From NCBI GenBank assembly GCA_965206345.1, contig OZ242211.1, forward strand, positions 1,692,586 through 1,756,585: DNA of 64,000 nt, written 5' to 3'. Positions 1 to 9,811 of this stretch are shown here, piece by piece. Positions within the stretch are counted from its first letter, which is position 1; each line of letters opens with the position of its first letter. Position numbers and translations under genes: made by a program. The notes beneath the pieces are model-generated. The model saw nothing but the letters and a program-made list of their open reading frames with translations, did no database searches and was not told the DNA's origin. This stretch comes from Arenicellales bacterium. Lineage in GTDB: Bacteria; Pseudomonadota; Gammaproteobacteria; Arenicellales; JAJDZL01.

Positions 1-1073
1 CTCTGCCCCGAGATGTACACCGCACTGTCCGTTTCATCGTGACCGCGGTAACCGCGGTCCACATACACCTCCTCGATGCGCTGTCCACCTAACCTGCGAA
101 CCTGATCCAGGGCTGTTTTCAGCGTATGACCGTCAAACGGATTGCCCGGCAGGGCCAGACCACCGACCACGAAACTGCTGCGGTTTGTAACCGCAATGCT
201 GGCCTTGACGCCAAACTCATAGCGTTTGTGCGCCTTGCCCTTACTGATGCACTCCACCTCCGGTGCATGCAGACTGTAAAGCTTGTTGGAACTGTCCTTT
301 TTCTGTGCCAGCACTCTTTTCGCCATCGCCAGCTCATCAGCAAAGATCTGCTGCAGCTGATCGTCATCACTGATCTTCCGTTCAATGTCGCGCACCACCC
401 GTCCCAGAAAGGTGTGCAGCTTTCGAATCTGGCGGCGCATCCGCCGGCTCTGGCGCGCATGCGCGTAGTTACTGGCACGAATCAGACACCGCGGACCCAC
501 CCGCGCATAACTCTGACGCAGCCCCACACCGTGTTGATGACACAGCTTCACCAGACGTTCCCGGGACCGGTTCAGCAGCCTGCCGTCGGTCGGAAATCTC
601 ACCGCCTTCTCCTGCACCGTGGTGTCCACCGTCACCCGCTTCAGATGCGACTTTCGAACCGCACCACTTTTCATTCCCGCCTGTATCGTCTGCTGCAGCA
701 GCCATTCACAGCCACTGTCACCAATGCGCTGGCGATAGCGCGTCAGCGAACTCGGATCAATCGGCCACTCGGTCTGAAAGTGACTCTCGCCACAGAAGTA
801 CTGCCAGTACGGATTTTCCAGCCAGCCATGAACCAACTGCTCATCGGACAGCCTGTGAATGTGCTTCAGATACAGCAGTCCCACCATCAGACGGGTGGGT
901 TTTCCAGGACTGCCCCTGTCGGCGTGATACAGGGTGCCGAACCGGTCATCGAACACGCTCCAGTCGATCAGGGATGACAGCCGAACCAGTTCATGGTTCA
1001 TGTTGATCTGGCTGTCAAGTCGGCTTCGGAACAGCTCGGACTGGTCTTCATTGCGGGCTGAGTGAGGCTTCAT
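1..1073 (-). CDS. IS5-family DDE transposase (3' end outside window)
   Basis: Manual translation from ATG 1073: MKPHSARNEDQSELFRSRL...PTRLMVGLLYLKH...WLENPYWQYFCG...VDTTVQEK...KRYEFGVK...YVDRGYRGH. Not in the ORF track because there is no stop in the window. Confidence 0.93.
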   Translation of the reverse strand, partial: MKPHSARNEDQSELFRSRLDSQINMNHELVRLSSLIDWSVFDDRFGTLYHADRGSPGKPTRLMVGLLYLKHIHRLSDEQLVHGWLENPYWQYFCGESHFQTEWPIDPSSLTRYRQRIGDSGCEWLLQQTIQAGMKSGAVRKSHLKRVTVDTTVQEKAVRFPTDGRLLNRSRERLVKLCHQHGVGLRQSYARVGPRCLIRASNYAHARQSRRMRRQIRKLHTFLGRVVRDIERKISDDDQLQQIFADELAMAKRVLAQKKDSSNKLYSLHAPEVECISKGKAHKRYEFGVKASIAVTNRSSFVVGGLALPGNPFDGHTLKTALDQVRRLGGQRIEEVYVDRGYRGHDETDSAVYISGQ

Positions 1074-1208
1074 TTTTATTCTCGAAATTGCAGGGAAATG
1101 ATGGGCAATTATATCGTTTCCGGCAATTTCAGAACAGTTCAAATGATGACAATAGTCAATGGTAACAATGATATACTGGCGAATATTGGTTTATTCAGGG
1201 CCGACTCC
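1..1208 (-). mobile_element. IS5-family insertion sequence, left part (runs off window start)
   Basis: Transposase at 1-1073. Candidate terminal IR reads GGAGTCGGCCCTGAATAA on the minus strand (1191-1208), flanked by TTAA (1209-1212), matching the GG end and YTAR target of the IS5 group. GC is higher than in the flank. Confidence 0.85.
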
Positions 1209-1969
1209 TTAACACTGAAAAAAAACATTTCGTGTCCGAATTGTTCTGTTAAATCTGCGCTAGGCGGGGGTTTGAAGACAAAAATCCAACTACCATTTCT
1301 CCGATAGACTTCAATATCTGTCCACTCTACCAGGTTTACATCAGGTTCAGCAAACTCGACCCCGTCAATTTCAGAAAATTGGATCAAAGCAACCGGGACG
1401 TTGATCGGATTCGCGAAGTAGAAGATGAAAATGTCAACGTGCTCAAAGTATTGAATTGCAATCAGTTCAAGTTTCCTGTTCAGTTCATCGAATTCTTTGA
1501 AACCTGTAATGAACACTACCTTGCCAGATTCGCCTGCAATAATTTCTTTCGCCTTGTTCCCCAAGTCTGATTGCAAATCGATGATCAGCATATCGGAGCG
1601 AAAATGTTCACGTGCAGTCATGGCAGACATCGATGGTTCAAAATCACGAACTGTGTTCAAACCGGTTTGAATTTCTGCAGAAAGTCGCTGTAATTCGTTC
1701 AAATCCAGTACAAGTTCACTTGATTCTTTCATCAACAAGCGTTCCGCAAGTTGTTCTGCCTCAGAACGCTCGGGCAGGCTAGTTGCTTGATCGGTGGAGA
1801 CCACTTGAATTTCAAATGCCGAATCATCGGCGAAATTCACACTTGTAAATGACAGTAACAAAAGCGCACAAAAATGGCAGGCAACCCAATGATTGATACA
1901 AACTGCTGGTGTGGTAATTTGAGTCAGATTTCTAACTTGATTGCGAAAAAACGAAGGACGGGAGAACAT
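1139..1969 (-). CDS. Hypothetical, possibly exported protein; C-terminus runs into the IS end
   Basis: 276-aa ORF with a signal-like stretch (ALLLLSFTSVNFA). The last ~23 codons are read from IS DNA. Start uncertain. Confidence 0.55.
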   Translation of the reverse strand: MFSRPSFFRNQVRNLTQITTPAVCINHWVACHFCALLLLSFTSVNFADDSAFEIQVVSTDQATSLPERSEAEQLAERLLMKESSELVLDLNELQRLSAEIQTGLNTVRDFEPSMSAMTAREHFRSDMLIIDLQSDLGNKAKEIIAGESGKVVFITGFKEFDELNRKLELIAIQYFEHVDIFIFYFANPINVPVALIQFSEIDGVEFAEPDVNLVEWTDIEVYRRNGSWIFVFKPPPSADLTEQFGHEMFFFSVKESALNKPIFASISLLPLTIVII

Positions 1970-2094
1970 TTGAAATTCAAATTCTGTTAAAGAGATTTAA
2001 TGGTAGTCGGCCACCAGTTTAAATTCAATATACTTTTGCGTTGGTCAAATGAATATCGGTAATTGTAGGAACTGTTATCAGCGAGTATCCATCT

Positions 2095-3381
2095 ATGAGT
2101 GAACAGAAAACTATCGCCTTTTTTCCAGAAGGTGCCTTTGGTCCAGCATTGAACTCAGTCGGTATTGCACAGGCGTGTACCGATATGGGGCACCGATGTG
2201 TATTTCTGACAGATCCGGGATTTGCCGGTGTATTTAGTGATTATGGATTTGAAGAGCGCACTGTCAGACTGTCGGAAGAAATGCCTCTAGAAGAAATGGC
2301 CAAGTACTGGTCAAACTTCATTGATGGACATATACCGAATTTCAATCTAACGCCGTACCAGCAGATCGACAATTATGTGAAGGAGTGCTGGGAGGCCATT
2401 GTTGATACAGCGAAATGGGCAGAGAAGGATTTGCCCTCTGTACTGAGTGACCTCGATCCCGACTTGATTTGTATCGACAACGTCATATTGTTTCCGGCTG
2501 CCAAACAGTTTGGCGTGCCTTGGATTCGAATCATCTCCTGTAGCGAAAACGAAATTGAAGATCCAATGATTCCACCTCACCTGTCGGGTTGTGGTGAGAA
2601 TGATCTGGAATGTTTTGAGGCGTATCACAACCACTTCAACGAAGTCGTAAAGCCAGTACATGAAGATTTCAATAATTTTCTTAAGGCCTGCGGTGAAGAG
2701 CCATACTCCATCGGGCAGTTCTTTGAAGCCTCTCCCTATATGAATCTGCTGCTGTACCCAGAACCGCTTCAGTACAAACGAAAGTACCCTTTGAACCCGG
2801 AAAAGTTTCAGTATCTTGAAGGATGCGTCAGATCCGAGGAGCACTATGAGGTGCCGGAGTTTAAGAAGAACAATGATGCCCCGCTAATCTATCTGAGCTT
2901 CGGTTCACTAGGTTCGGGTGATACAGATCTGTTAAAACGAATGATTGGAGTTCTGGGCGGGCTCAATTATAGAAATCTGGTCAATATCGGGGATTATGGC
3001 GATGCGTATGATTCGATACCCGACAATGTTCATATTGCCTCATGGTATCCTCAGCCATCGGTCATTGAGCAGTGTGATGCTGTCATTCACCATGGCGGCA
3101 ACAACAGCTTTACCGAATGTCTGTATTTTGGTAAACCGGCTTTGATCATGCCATATGTCTGGGATGGCCATGACAACTCAACGCGTGTACAAGAAACTGG
3201 ACACGGTCTGAAAATGCACCGTGCCAACTGGACTGAAGAGCAGTTTGCTGGAGCGATTCATACCTTGCTTAACGACAAGGCTATGCACGCCAAACTTGAG
3301 GCAACCAGCGCACATATGAAAAGAGCCAATGGACGTCAGAAAGCAGCTCAAATCATTGATCAGCTGCTACAAACGAATTAG
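2095..3381 (+). CDS. GT1/MGT-family UDP-glycosyltransferase
   Basis: IYLSFGSLG and WYPQPSVIEQCDAVIHHGGNNSFTECLYFGKP (UDPGT/PSPG-like box). Confidence 0.9.
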   Translation: MSEQKTIAFFPEGAFGPALNSVGIAQACTDMGHRCVFLTDPGFAGVFSDYGFEERTVRLSEEMPLEEMAKYWSNFIDGHIPNFNLTPYQQIDNYVKECWEAIVDTAKWAEKDLPSVLSDLDPDLICIDNVILFPAAKQFGVPWIRIISCSENEIEDPMIPPHLSGCGENDLECFEAYHNHFNEVVKPVHEDFNNFLKACGEEPYSIGQFFEASPYMNLLLYPEPLQYKRKYPLNPEKFQYLEGCVRSEEHYEVPEFKKNNDAPLIYLSFGSLGSGDTDLLKRMIGVLGGLNYRNLVNIGDYGDAYDSIPDNVHIASWYPQPSVIEQCDAVIHHGGNNSFTECLYFGKPALIMPYVWDGHDNSTRVQETGHGLKMHRANWTEEQFAGAIHTLLNDKAMHAKLEATSAHMKRANGRQKAAQIIDQLLQTN

Positions 3382-3411
3382 ACGCACTGGACAATACCAG
3401 CGGATTCTGGT

Positions 3412-3732
3412 TTAGATTTTGACGTACACTTGGTTGTCAACGACTTTTACAGAGTACGTCTGCAAGTCTTCTTCTGCGGGTTCTTCGATCACTTCACCTG
3501 TGGTGACGCTAAATTCGGCAAGGTGTAGTGGGCAGACAATGCGATCCTCCTCGATGTAACCGTCAGAGAGGCACGCATATTCATGGGTGCAGACGTTGCT
3601 GATGGCATAAACGTTATCGTCCATTAGTACCAATGCAATTTCTTCAGCGCCGACATCAACCGGGTAGGGAACCCGGTCTTCCAGATCTGACATCGAAGCG
3701 ACGGCGTGATAGTTTTCCAAACTTTCGTCCAT
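3412..3732 (-). CDS. Rieske [2Fe-2S] ferredoxin (dioxygenase ferredoxin type)
   Basis: CTHEYACL...CPLHLAEF Rieske motif. Start taken at ATG 3732 (MDESLENY). Confidence 0.9.
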   Translation of the reverse strand: MDESLENYHAVASMSDLEDRVPYPVDVGAEEIALVLMDDNVYAISNVCTHEYACLSDGYIEEDRIVCPLHLAEFSVTTGEVIEEPAEEDLQTYSVKVVDNQVYVKI

Positions 3733-4151
3733 AACCTGTTGAAGACTCCGGAAAATTGTGATTGATTTTGGTAGTTTGCTACCTGTAAAACACGGGTTGT
3801 GGTAGGTTAGCAAAATCCAGCATTATAGTTTGGGACTATTGCAATATTTCCAGTTATGGCTGAGTGTTTAATCTCAAATAGTTTTCTGATTCTTTCTGGT
3901 TTGGAGTCAAACGGACTAGTGTCAGTTTGTTGAATTTCCGCTCATTCAAATGGCAAAATTCTAGCGCTTAAAGCAGTCATAATGAAAGTTAGTTGTTTAT
4001 TCACCCACCTCTCCTACGCTGCAGAAATTCTGGCGTCGATGGTTGGTTGGAGAAAATTAATTTTCAACTTTTTCAAGCATACCGCTATTGTCGTTGTCAT
4101 CGAATAGAAGCATCACAAAAGGTCGAGTTTCACTAGAGCGTCATTGAAATC

Positions 4152-5018
4152 ATGATTTCAAGTATGACCGGCTATGCCCGGCAAATTAAAGAAACGGATT
4201 GGGGTGAATTGACCTGGGCCTTACGTTCGTTGAATCAACGTTCACTTGACATCCATATCAATCTTCCTGACCAATTTCGTCCAGTCGAAGCACAATATCG
4301 TCGTAAATTGAATGAAAGCTTCGAAAGGGGGCGGATTGACGCTTCCCTGCAGTTTAATCGAGTGACTGCCAGCTTGAAGACGAATCTGTTGGATCAGTCG
4401 GTACTGACCTCATTGTTTGCCCATGCAGAGGAAGTTCAAAAGCACAGTCCAGACGCTGCTGCACTTTCAATTGCAGAAGTATTGAGATGGCCCGGGGTCA
4501 TTTGCATTGATGAAGAACCGGATGAGACTTTTTTCGAGCTTACACTTCAGTTATTAGATGAATCGATTGAAGAGTTGACGATGGATCGTCGCCGCGAGGG
4601 TGGCCAGGTTGAAGAGATTCTTCAAGACAAATTAAAGCTGTTCAAATCCAGTTGCAATGAAGCCAGGACATTAGTTCCAGAAGCGCAGCAAAGTCTTCGT
4701 GATAGGTTCAAAGAAAAACTGGAGGAATTGGATATTGAAGTCGACCCGGGACGATGGGAGCAGGAGATTGGATTGGCGCTGACTAAACTTGACGTGGCAG
4801 AAGAAATCGACCGAATTGATTTACACGTTGTCGAGTTTGAACGGGTGCTGGCTGAAGACTTGGTAGTCGGTAAGCGATTGGGTTATTTACTGCAGGAACT
4901 TGTTCGAGAAGTGAATACGCTAGGCGCAAAGACCCAGCATTTTCCGTTGAATTCATTAACCGTCGACATGAAGGTGATTCTTGAACAGATTCGAGAACAG
5001 GTTCAGAATGTCGAGTAA
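4152..5018 (+). CDS. yicC: YicC/YloC-family endoribonuclease
   Basis: MISSMTGYAR N-terminus, EEIDRI, GKRLGYLLQELVREVNTLGAK and EQIREQVQNVE C-terminus; lies upstream of gmk. Confidence 0.95.
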   Translation: MISSMTGYARQIKETDWGELTWALRSLNQRSLDIHINLPDQFRPVEAQYRRKLNESFERGRIDASLQFNRVTASLKTNLLDQSVLTSLFAHAEEVQKHSPDAAALSIAEVLRWPGVICIDEEPDETFFELTLQLLDESIEELTMDRRREGGQVEEILQDKLKLFKSSCNEARTLVPEAQQSLRDRFKEKLEELDIEVDPGRWEQEIGLALTKLDVAEEIDRIDLHVVEFERVLAEDLVVGKRLGYLLQELVREVNTLGAKTQHFPLNSLTVDMKVILEQIREQVQNVE

Positions 5019-5030
5019 CATGCGTTTTTT

Positions 5031-5672
5031 GTGTTCAGTATGACAGGGGATGGAGTGTTAGAAACCACTCCCACTATTCTGATCATTGCTGCAGCTTCCG
5101 GAACTGGAAAATCCAGTCTAGCGAGAGCTTTGGTTAAATCAGAACCCTCGGTGGTACTGTCGGTTTCCCACACGACTCGAAAGATTGGACACGGCGAAAT
5201 TGATGGGAGGGAGTACTTCTTCATTTCAGAGCAATCATTCAAGAAAATGGCCCGAGCAGGCCACTTTGCTGAATATGCAAAAGTTTACGACCACTACTAC
5301 GGAACCTCAAAAAAGACCATCACGGACAATCTGGAATCAGGTCTTAGTGTGGTACTCGATATTGACTGGCAAGGTGCGCAACAGGTTGCCCGTCAGTTTG
5401 AATGTGCGGTAAAAGTGTTTTTACTGCCGCCATCCATCAGCTCATTAAGAACTAGGCTGGTTAAACGAAAGCGTGATCCAGAAAAAGCCATTCAATCTAG
5501 ATTGCAAATGGCAATTGAGGACATGAAGCACCACACAGAATTTGATCATGTCATTTTGAATGACAATTTCGACGCCGCATTACAGGATCTAAAGTCCCTT
5601 TTGCCGGGTCACTCTGGAATTACCCGCCCCTTGCCAGAAAGTCTGCTGGAAAGTCTAGGCATTGCTGCCTGA
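5031..5672 (+). CDS. gmk: Guanylate kinase
   Basis: ASGTGKS P-loop, SVSHTTR, GEIDGREYFF, YYGTS and LDIDWQGA. Confidence 0.95.
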   Translation: MFSMTGDGVLETTPTILIIAAASGTGKSSLARALVKSEPSVVLSVSHTTRKIGHGEIDGREYFFISEQSFKKMARAGHFAEYAKVYDHYYGTSKKTITDNLESGLSVVLDIDWQGAQQVARQFECAVKVFLLPPSISSLRTRLVKRKRDPEKAIQSRLQMAIEDMKHHTEFDHVILNDNFDAALQDLKSLLPGHSGITRPLPESLLESLGIAA

Positions 5673-5896
5673 CTCCCGTTAGCATTTAACAGCCTCATAT
5701 ACTGACCATTCGCCAGCCATACCGGTGGTGGCGACTGGGTTGTGCGCATCAAAACGTACAAATCAAAGAAGTTTCCCTGTCGGAAAGGGTCGGAACAACC
5801 TTAACAAAATTTAATGTTTCTGAAATCTTGTGTCAATATTCGGCCAAGTAGAATGTTCTCATTCAAACTTCCAGTTCCTTAATCAGAGGTGAATCC

Positions 5897-7468
5897 ATGC
5901 AAATAATGCAAATGAACAACAAGAAACTACTAAACAAAGTTTCGATTCTAATGACATTGACCATTGCAGTTGTTGCAATTGGTCTGTTCCTTCGAACTGA
6001 GTCAACTGTACATGCTGTTGAGGGTGCAAAACCTGTCGGAGTTGAACTTGGCGACGTCGTGATCAACCAAGGTTTTGCTGAGATGATTGAAGCCGTTACT
6101 CCCGCAGTGGTTTCACTGGAGGTGACGCAAAAGCTTCCGACATCTTACCAGGGTCAAAATTTTCCTTTCGACCCTTTCAAAAACTTCAGAGAGGAAGGGC
6201 CAGGTCAATTTCCCGAGTGGTTTTGGGAGCAATTTCCTTGGGCTCCTGAAAATTTCGGAAACAAGGAAAGGAGAAAGTCCCCACCTCAACGGAAGTATTC
6301 TGGAGTCGGCGCAGGTCTCATGTTTGACCCATCTGGTCTAATCGTTACGAATAATCATGTCATCGACAATGCTGCCGAAATTCGGGTCACACTACACGAC
6401 GGCAGAGTTCTCGACGCTGAAGTAGTCGGTGTCGATCAATTTACAGATCTTGCAGTGTTGCGGATCTATGCAGACGAACAACTGCCATATGCAGAATTTG
6501 GAAAGACCGACAAGGTTCGAGTCGGTGATTGGGCCATCGCAATCGGTGACCCGTTCGGACTGCAAAAATCAGTATCGTTGGGAATCGTTTCGGCGATGGG
6601 ACGAAATTTTTCCTATGATTCACCAAAGGTGCCTCTGATCCAAGTTGACGCTGCTGTCAATCGCGGAAATTCCGGCGGACCCCTATTCAACGCGATGGGT
6701 CAGGTCATTGGTATTAACACGATGATTATTTCTCCAAGTGGATCATCTGCTGGTGTTGCCCTGGCAGTACCGTCATCTATTGTTGAGGACATCGTAACGA
6801 CTATTCAGACTGAGGGTCGCGTAACGAGAGGCTGGCTTGGTGTCGAGATACAGAATGTTACGGCTGACATAGCCGGTGCGCTGGGACTGGATGAAGCAGA
6901 CCCACACGGTGCATTGGTTTCACGCGTGCAAGTTGACAGTCCGGCAGAGAATGCTGGAATTAAAGTGGGCGACATCGTTGTTTTGTTCAATGGACAGCGG
7001 ATTGAAGACATTCAAGCGCTTTCAAAAATTGTGAAATTGACAGTTCCAGGCTCTGAAGTTCCGATTTTTGTATTGCGAAATGGAGAACGAATTGAGCTTC
7101 AAGGTACTGTTGATTTACTGACCATGAGCGGGCAGGAAATGGAAAAGATGGCAGCACCAGAAGAAGTGCAGGAACCGCCAATTGGTGCATCAGTGGCGAC
7201 ACTGACTCCAGAACTTCGTAAAAAGTATCGCATCAATGAAACTGTCAAGGGTGTTGTGATTACAGATGTGATGGCCGACAGCCCAGCTGCTAAAGCCGGG
7301 CTGGAAGAAGGGGATGTAATTGTGTCCATCAACAATCAGTCTGTGAATTCGTCTGAAAGTGCAAGTGAAGTGATTCAATCGGTTACCGAAACTGGAAAGT
7401 CAAGTGCACTGCTGTTGGTTGCTGACGGTCAAGGTAAGCAACAGTTTATTGTGATTGCTCTTTCCTGA
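5897..7468 (+). CDS. degP: Do/DegP (HtrA) serine protease with two PDZ domains
   Basis: TNNHV, DLAVL and AAVNRGNSGGPL triad motifs; RGWLGVEIQ PDZ; N-terminal signal/TM. Confidence 0.92.
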   Translation: MQIMQMNNKKLLNKVSILMTLTIAVVAIGLFLRTESTVHAVEGAKPVGVELGDVVINQGFAEMIEAVTPAVVSLEVTQKLPTSYQGQNFPFDPFKNFREEGPGQFPEWFWEQFPWAPENFGNKERRKSPPQRKYSGVGAGLMFDPSGLIVTNNHVIDNAAEIRVTLHDGRVLDAEVVGVDQFTDLAVLRIYADEQLPYAEFGKTDKVRVGDWAIAIGDPFGLQKSVSLGIVSAMGRNFSYDSPKVPLIQVDAAVNRGNSGGPLFNAMGQVIGINTMIISPSGSSAGVALAVPSSIVEDIVTTIQTEGRVTRGWLGVEIQNVTADIAGALGLDEADPHGALVSRVQVDSPAENAGIKVGDIVVLFNGQRIEDIQALSKIVKLTVPGSEVPIFVLRNGERIELQGTVDLLTMSGQEMEKMAAPEEVQEPPIGASVATLTPELRKKYRINETVKGVVITDVMADSPAAKAGLEEGDVIVSINNQSVNSSESASEVIQSVTETGKSSALLLVADGQGKQQFIVIALS

Positions 7469-7508
7469 TGACTTCCTCCTCCTAAAAACCAGTATGGTTT
7501 TTGCATGT

Positions 7509-7544
7509 TTCCGGGCATCTTTTTCGAGGTGCCCGGAATTTTTT
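7509..7544 (+). terminator. Rho-independent terminator after degP
   Basis: TTCCGGGCATCT-loop-AGGTGCCCGGAA followed by TTTTTT. Confidence 0.8.
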
Positions 7545-7622
7545 GTGCATAAACTCCAATCTGCACAAATTGTTTATATTGAGAACAATGAAAAGCACGA
7601 TCCAAATTGTTGAGAGGTGGTG

Positions 7623-8309
7623 ATGCGAATACTGGTGGTTGAAGACGACGAACACACCAGGCGCTTTATTGCAAAGGGACTGAGGGAATCAGGACATATT
7701 GCAGAGGAGGCCGATAATGGCGTCGATGGATTGCACCGGGCACGGACTGAAGAGTTTGCTGCGCTCATTGTTGATCGCATGCTGCCTAAATTGAGCGGTC
7801 TTGAGCTGGTACGTAATCTGCGTCAGGAAAACATTTCAACACCAATCCTGATTTTGAGTGCACTAGGTGATGTTGAGCAGCGTATCGAGGGCCTTAAGTC
7901 AGGCAGCGACGATTACCTCAGAAAACCGTTTTCATTTGCTGAGCTTCTAGCCCGAATTGAATCGATCGTTCGACGTGTCGACAAGTCAGAAACTGAAACC
8001 CAGCTCACAGTCGGCAGACTCAGTATGGACCTGATTAAACGGGAAGTCAGAATGAAAGGGGAGAAGATTGACCTCAGACCGATTGAATTTCGTATTCTAG
8101 AAGTCCTGATGCGTTCGAGCGGTCAGCTGGTAACCCGTACAATGCTGCTAGAACGGGTTTGGAACTATAACTTTGATCCACAGACCAATGTGGTGGATAC
8201 ACACATTTCCAGGCTGAGGTCTAAAATTGACATTCCGTACAGATACCCACTCATTCACACCATTCGCGGATCCGGCTACCAGATGAATCCACCTGTTGAG
8301 GATTCTTGA
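7623..8309 (+). CDS. OmpR/PhoB-family response regulator
   Basis: RILVVEDD, IVDRMLP, DDYLRKPF receiver domain; winged-helix with VVDTHISRLRSK and TIRGSGY. Confidence 0.95.
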   Translation: MRILVVEDDEHTRRFIAKGLRESGHIAEEADNGVDGLHRARTEEFAALIVDRMLPKLSGLELVRNLRQENISTPILILSALGDVEQRIEGLKSGSDDYLRKPFSFAELLARIESIVRRVDKSETETQLTVGRLSMDLIKREVRMKGEKIDLRPIEFRILEVLMRSSGQLVTRTMLLERVWNYNFDPQTNVVDTHISRLRSKIDIPYRYPLIHTIRGSGYQMNPPVEDS

Positions 8310-8342
8310 GACGCAGACGGACTCAACGCGAGTCACCCAGGA

Positions 8343-9788
8343 TTGCTCCGAGTGGCGCTGTCAATTCCAAAATACTTTAAAAGTTACACTTTCGTACTGT
8401 CGATCATTTACGCAGCATTGTTTTGCGCGTCAATCATTGTCGTGCTTACGATAGTTTACTTTTCAGCCTTTCAATTTCTTAGGGCGCAGACTGACCAGCG
8501 AATTGATGAAGACATTTTAAGAATTGTTGCCAGCACAGACTGGACAGACACCCGTACCTTTGACATTCGTGATATTCGGGATTATTTGTCAAATCGCAGG
8601 CGCCTGCATCCGAAAAGCGATCCATCGGTTTATCTGCTCGTGGATCGAAATCAAAATTACGTCGCGGGAAATCTACATAAGTGGCCGTCTGATTTATCCT
8701 ATGTTGATCAATCGCGACTGGAGTTTGTCGCACAAGTCTACTACGATGACGATACCAGAAAGAACCATCCAGTGCGGGCGATTGTCGTAACGCTCGGCAA
8801 TACTGGGCACAATTTGCTCGTTGGCCGGGACATTATGGAGATCGAGGCACTGCGGCAAGGCTATTTGCGCTTGTTCTGGTGGAGTATTGTGGCTGCAGTT
8901 TTTCTCGCAATTCTCGGTGCTTACTGGGTTTCACGAATCGTATCACGACGGCTTGAGAGAGTTAACGCACTAAGCCGTTCCGTGATGGCAGGCGACCTGT
9001 CACAGCGCGTTACGTTCAATGCCAGCGGCGATCAATTCGATGATCTGGCCGATAACATAAATCAGATGCTCGAAAGAATTCAGACACTGGTTGAAGCAAT
9101 TCGAAGTGTGTCTGACAACATAGCGCATGATCTGAGAACACCACTGACAAGATTGCGAAACGACCTTGATGAAATTGCCAGAAACTTAAGCGAACGACCA
9201 GAACCGGAGATGGAACAGGCAAAAGAATCCGTCGAAAAAGCGATATTTGAAGCGGACTCACTGCTTCGAACATTTGAAGCGTTGCTGCGAATTGCCCGGT
9301 TGGAAAATCAGCCTTTTGGAGAGTCATTCAATGAGGTATCGGTTAGACAATTAATTGAAGAATTAATTGATCTTTATGGGCCGATTGCAGATAGTCAGTC
9401 GATCTCTCTCACCGCATCGGTTGAAAGTGACTCAGCAGTTTTATTTGTTGATCGGGATGCATTGGCTCAGGCGCTGGCTAACCTGTTGGACAATGCGCTT
9501 AAATATACTCCGCAGCATGGAACGATCGCGGTAGAGGGTAAAAGTTCAGTGAACGGATTCGAGATTGCAATTTCAGATAACGGACCGGGCATAGCGGCTA
9601 AGTATCATCAGGAAGTGCTCAAGCGCTTTGTTCGACTGGATGACGGCAGTCGGACAACACCTGGAAATGGGCTGGGACTAAGTCTTGTTGCGGCTGTTGC
9701 CCGTATGCACAACCTGAACCTTGTTTTTGAAGATGCCAAACCCGGTCTTCGAGTACGGCTGAAAAATTTCAAACTGGTAAAACCTTAA
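8343..9788 (+). CDS. HAMP-domain sensor histidine kinase
   Basis: Two TMs, HAMP, IAHDLRTPL H-box, NLLDNALKY, DNGPGI and GNGLGLSLV. Confidence 0.95.
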   Translation: MLRVALSIPKYFKSYTFVLSIIYAALFCASIIVVLTIVYFSAFQFLRAQTDQRIDEDILRIVASTDWTDTRTFDIRDIRDYLSNRRRLHPKSDPSVYLLVDRNQNYVAGNLHKWPSDLSYVDQSRLEFVAQVYYDDDTRKNHPVRAIVVTLGNTGHNLLVGRDIMEIEALRQGYLRLFWWSIVAAVFLAILGAYWVSRIVSRRLERVNALSRSVMAGDLSQRVTFNASGDQFDDLADNINQMLERIQTLVEAIRSVSDNIAHDLRTPLTRLRNDLDEIARNLSERPEPEMEQAKESVEKAIFEADSLLRTFEALLRIARLENQPFGESFNEVSVRQLIEELIDLYGPIADSQSISLTASVESDSAVLFVDRDALAQALANLLDNALKYTPQHGTIAVEGKSSVNGFEIAISDNGPGIAAKYHQEVLKRFVRLDDGSRTTPGNGLGLSLVAAVARMHNLNLVFEDAKPGLRVRLKNFKLVKP

Positions 9789-9811
9789 TTTGAAGGTACT
9801 GTAAGCGCCAC

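Noticed and set aside
126-977. 283-aa plus-strand ORF in the track
   Set aside because: Antisense shadow of the IS5 transposase, whose motifs are on the minus strand.
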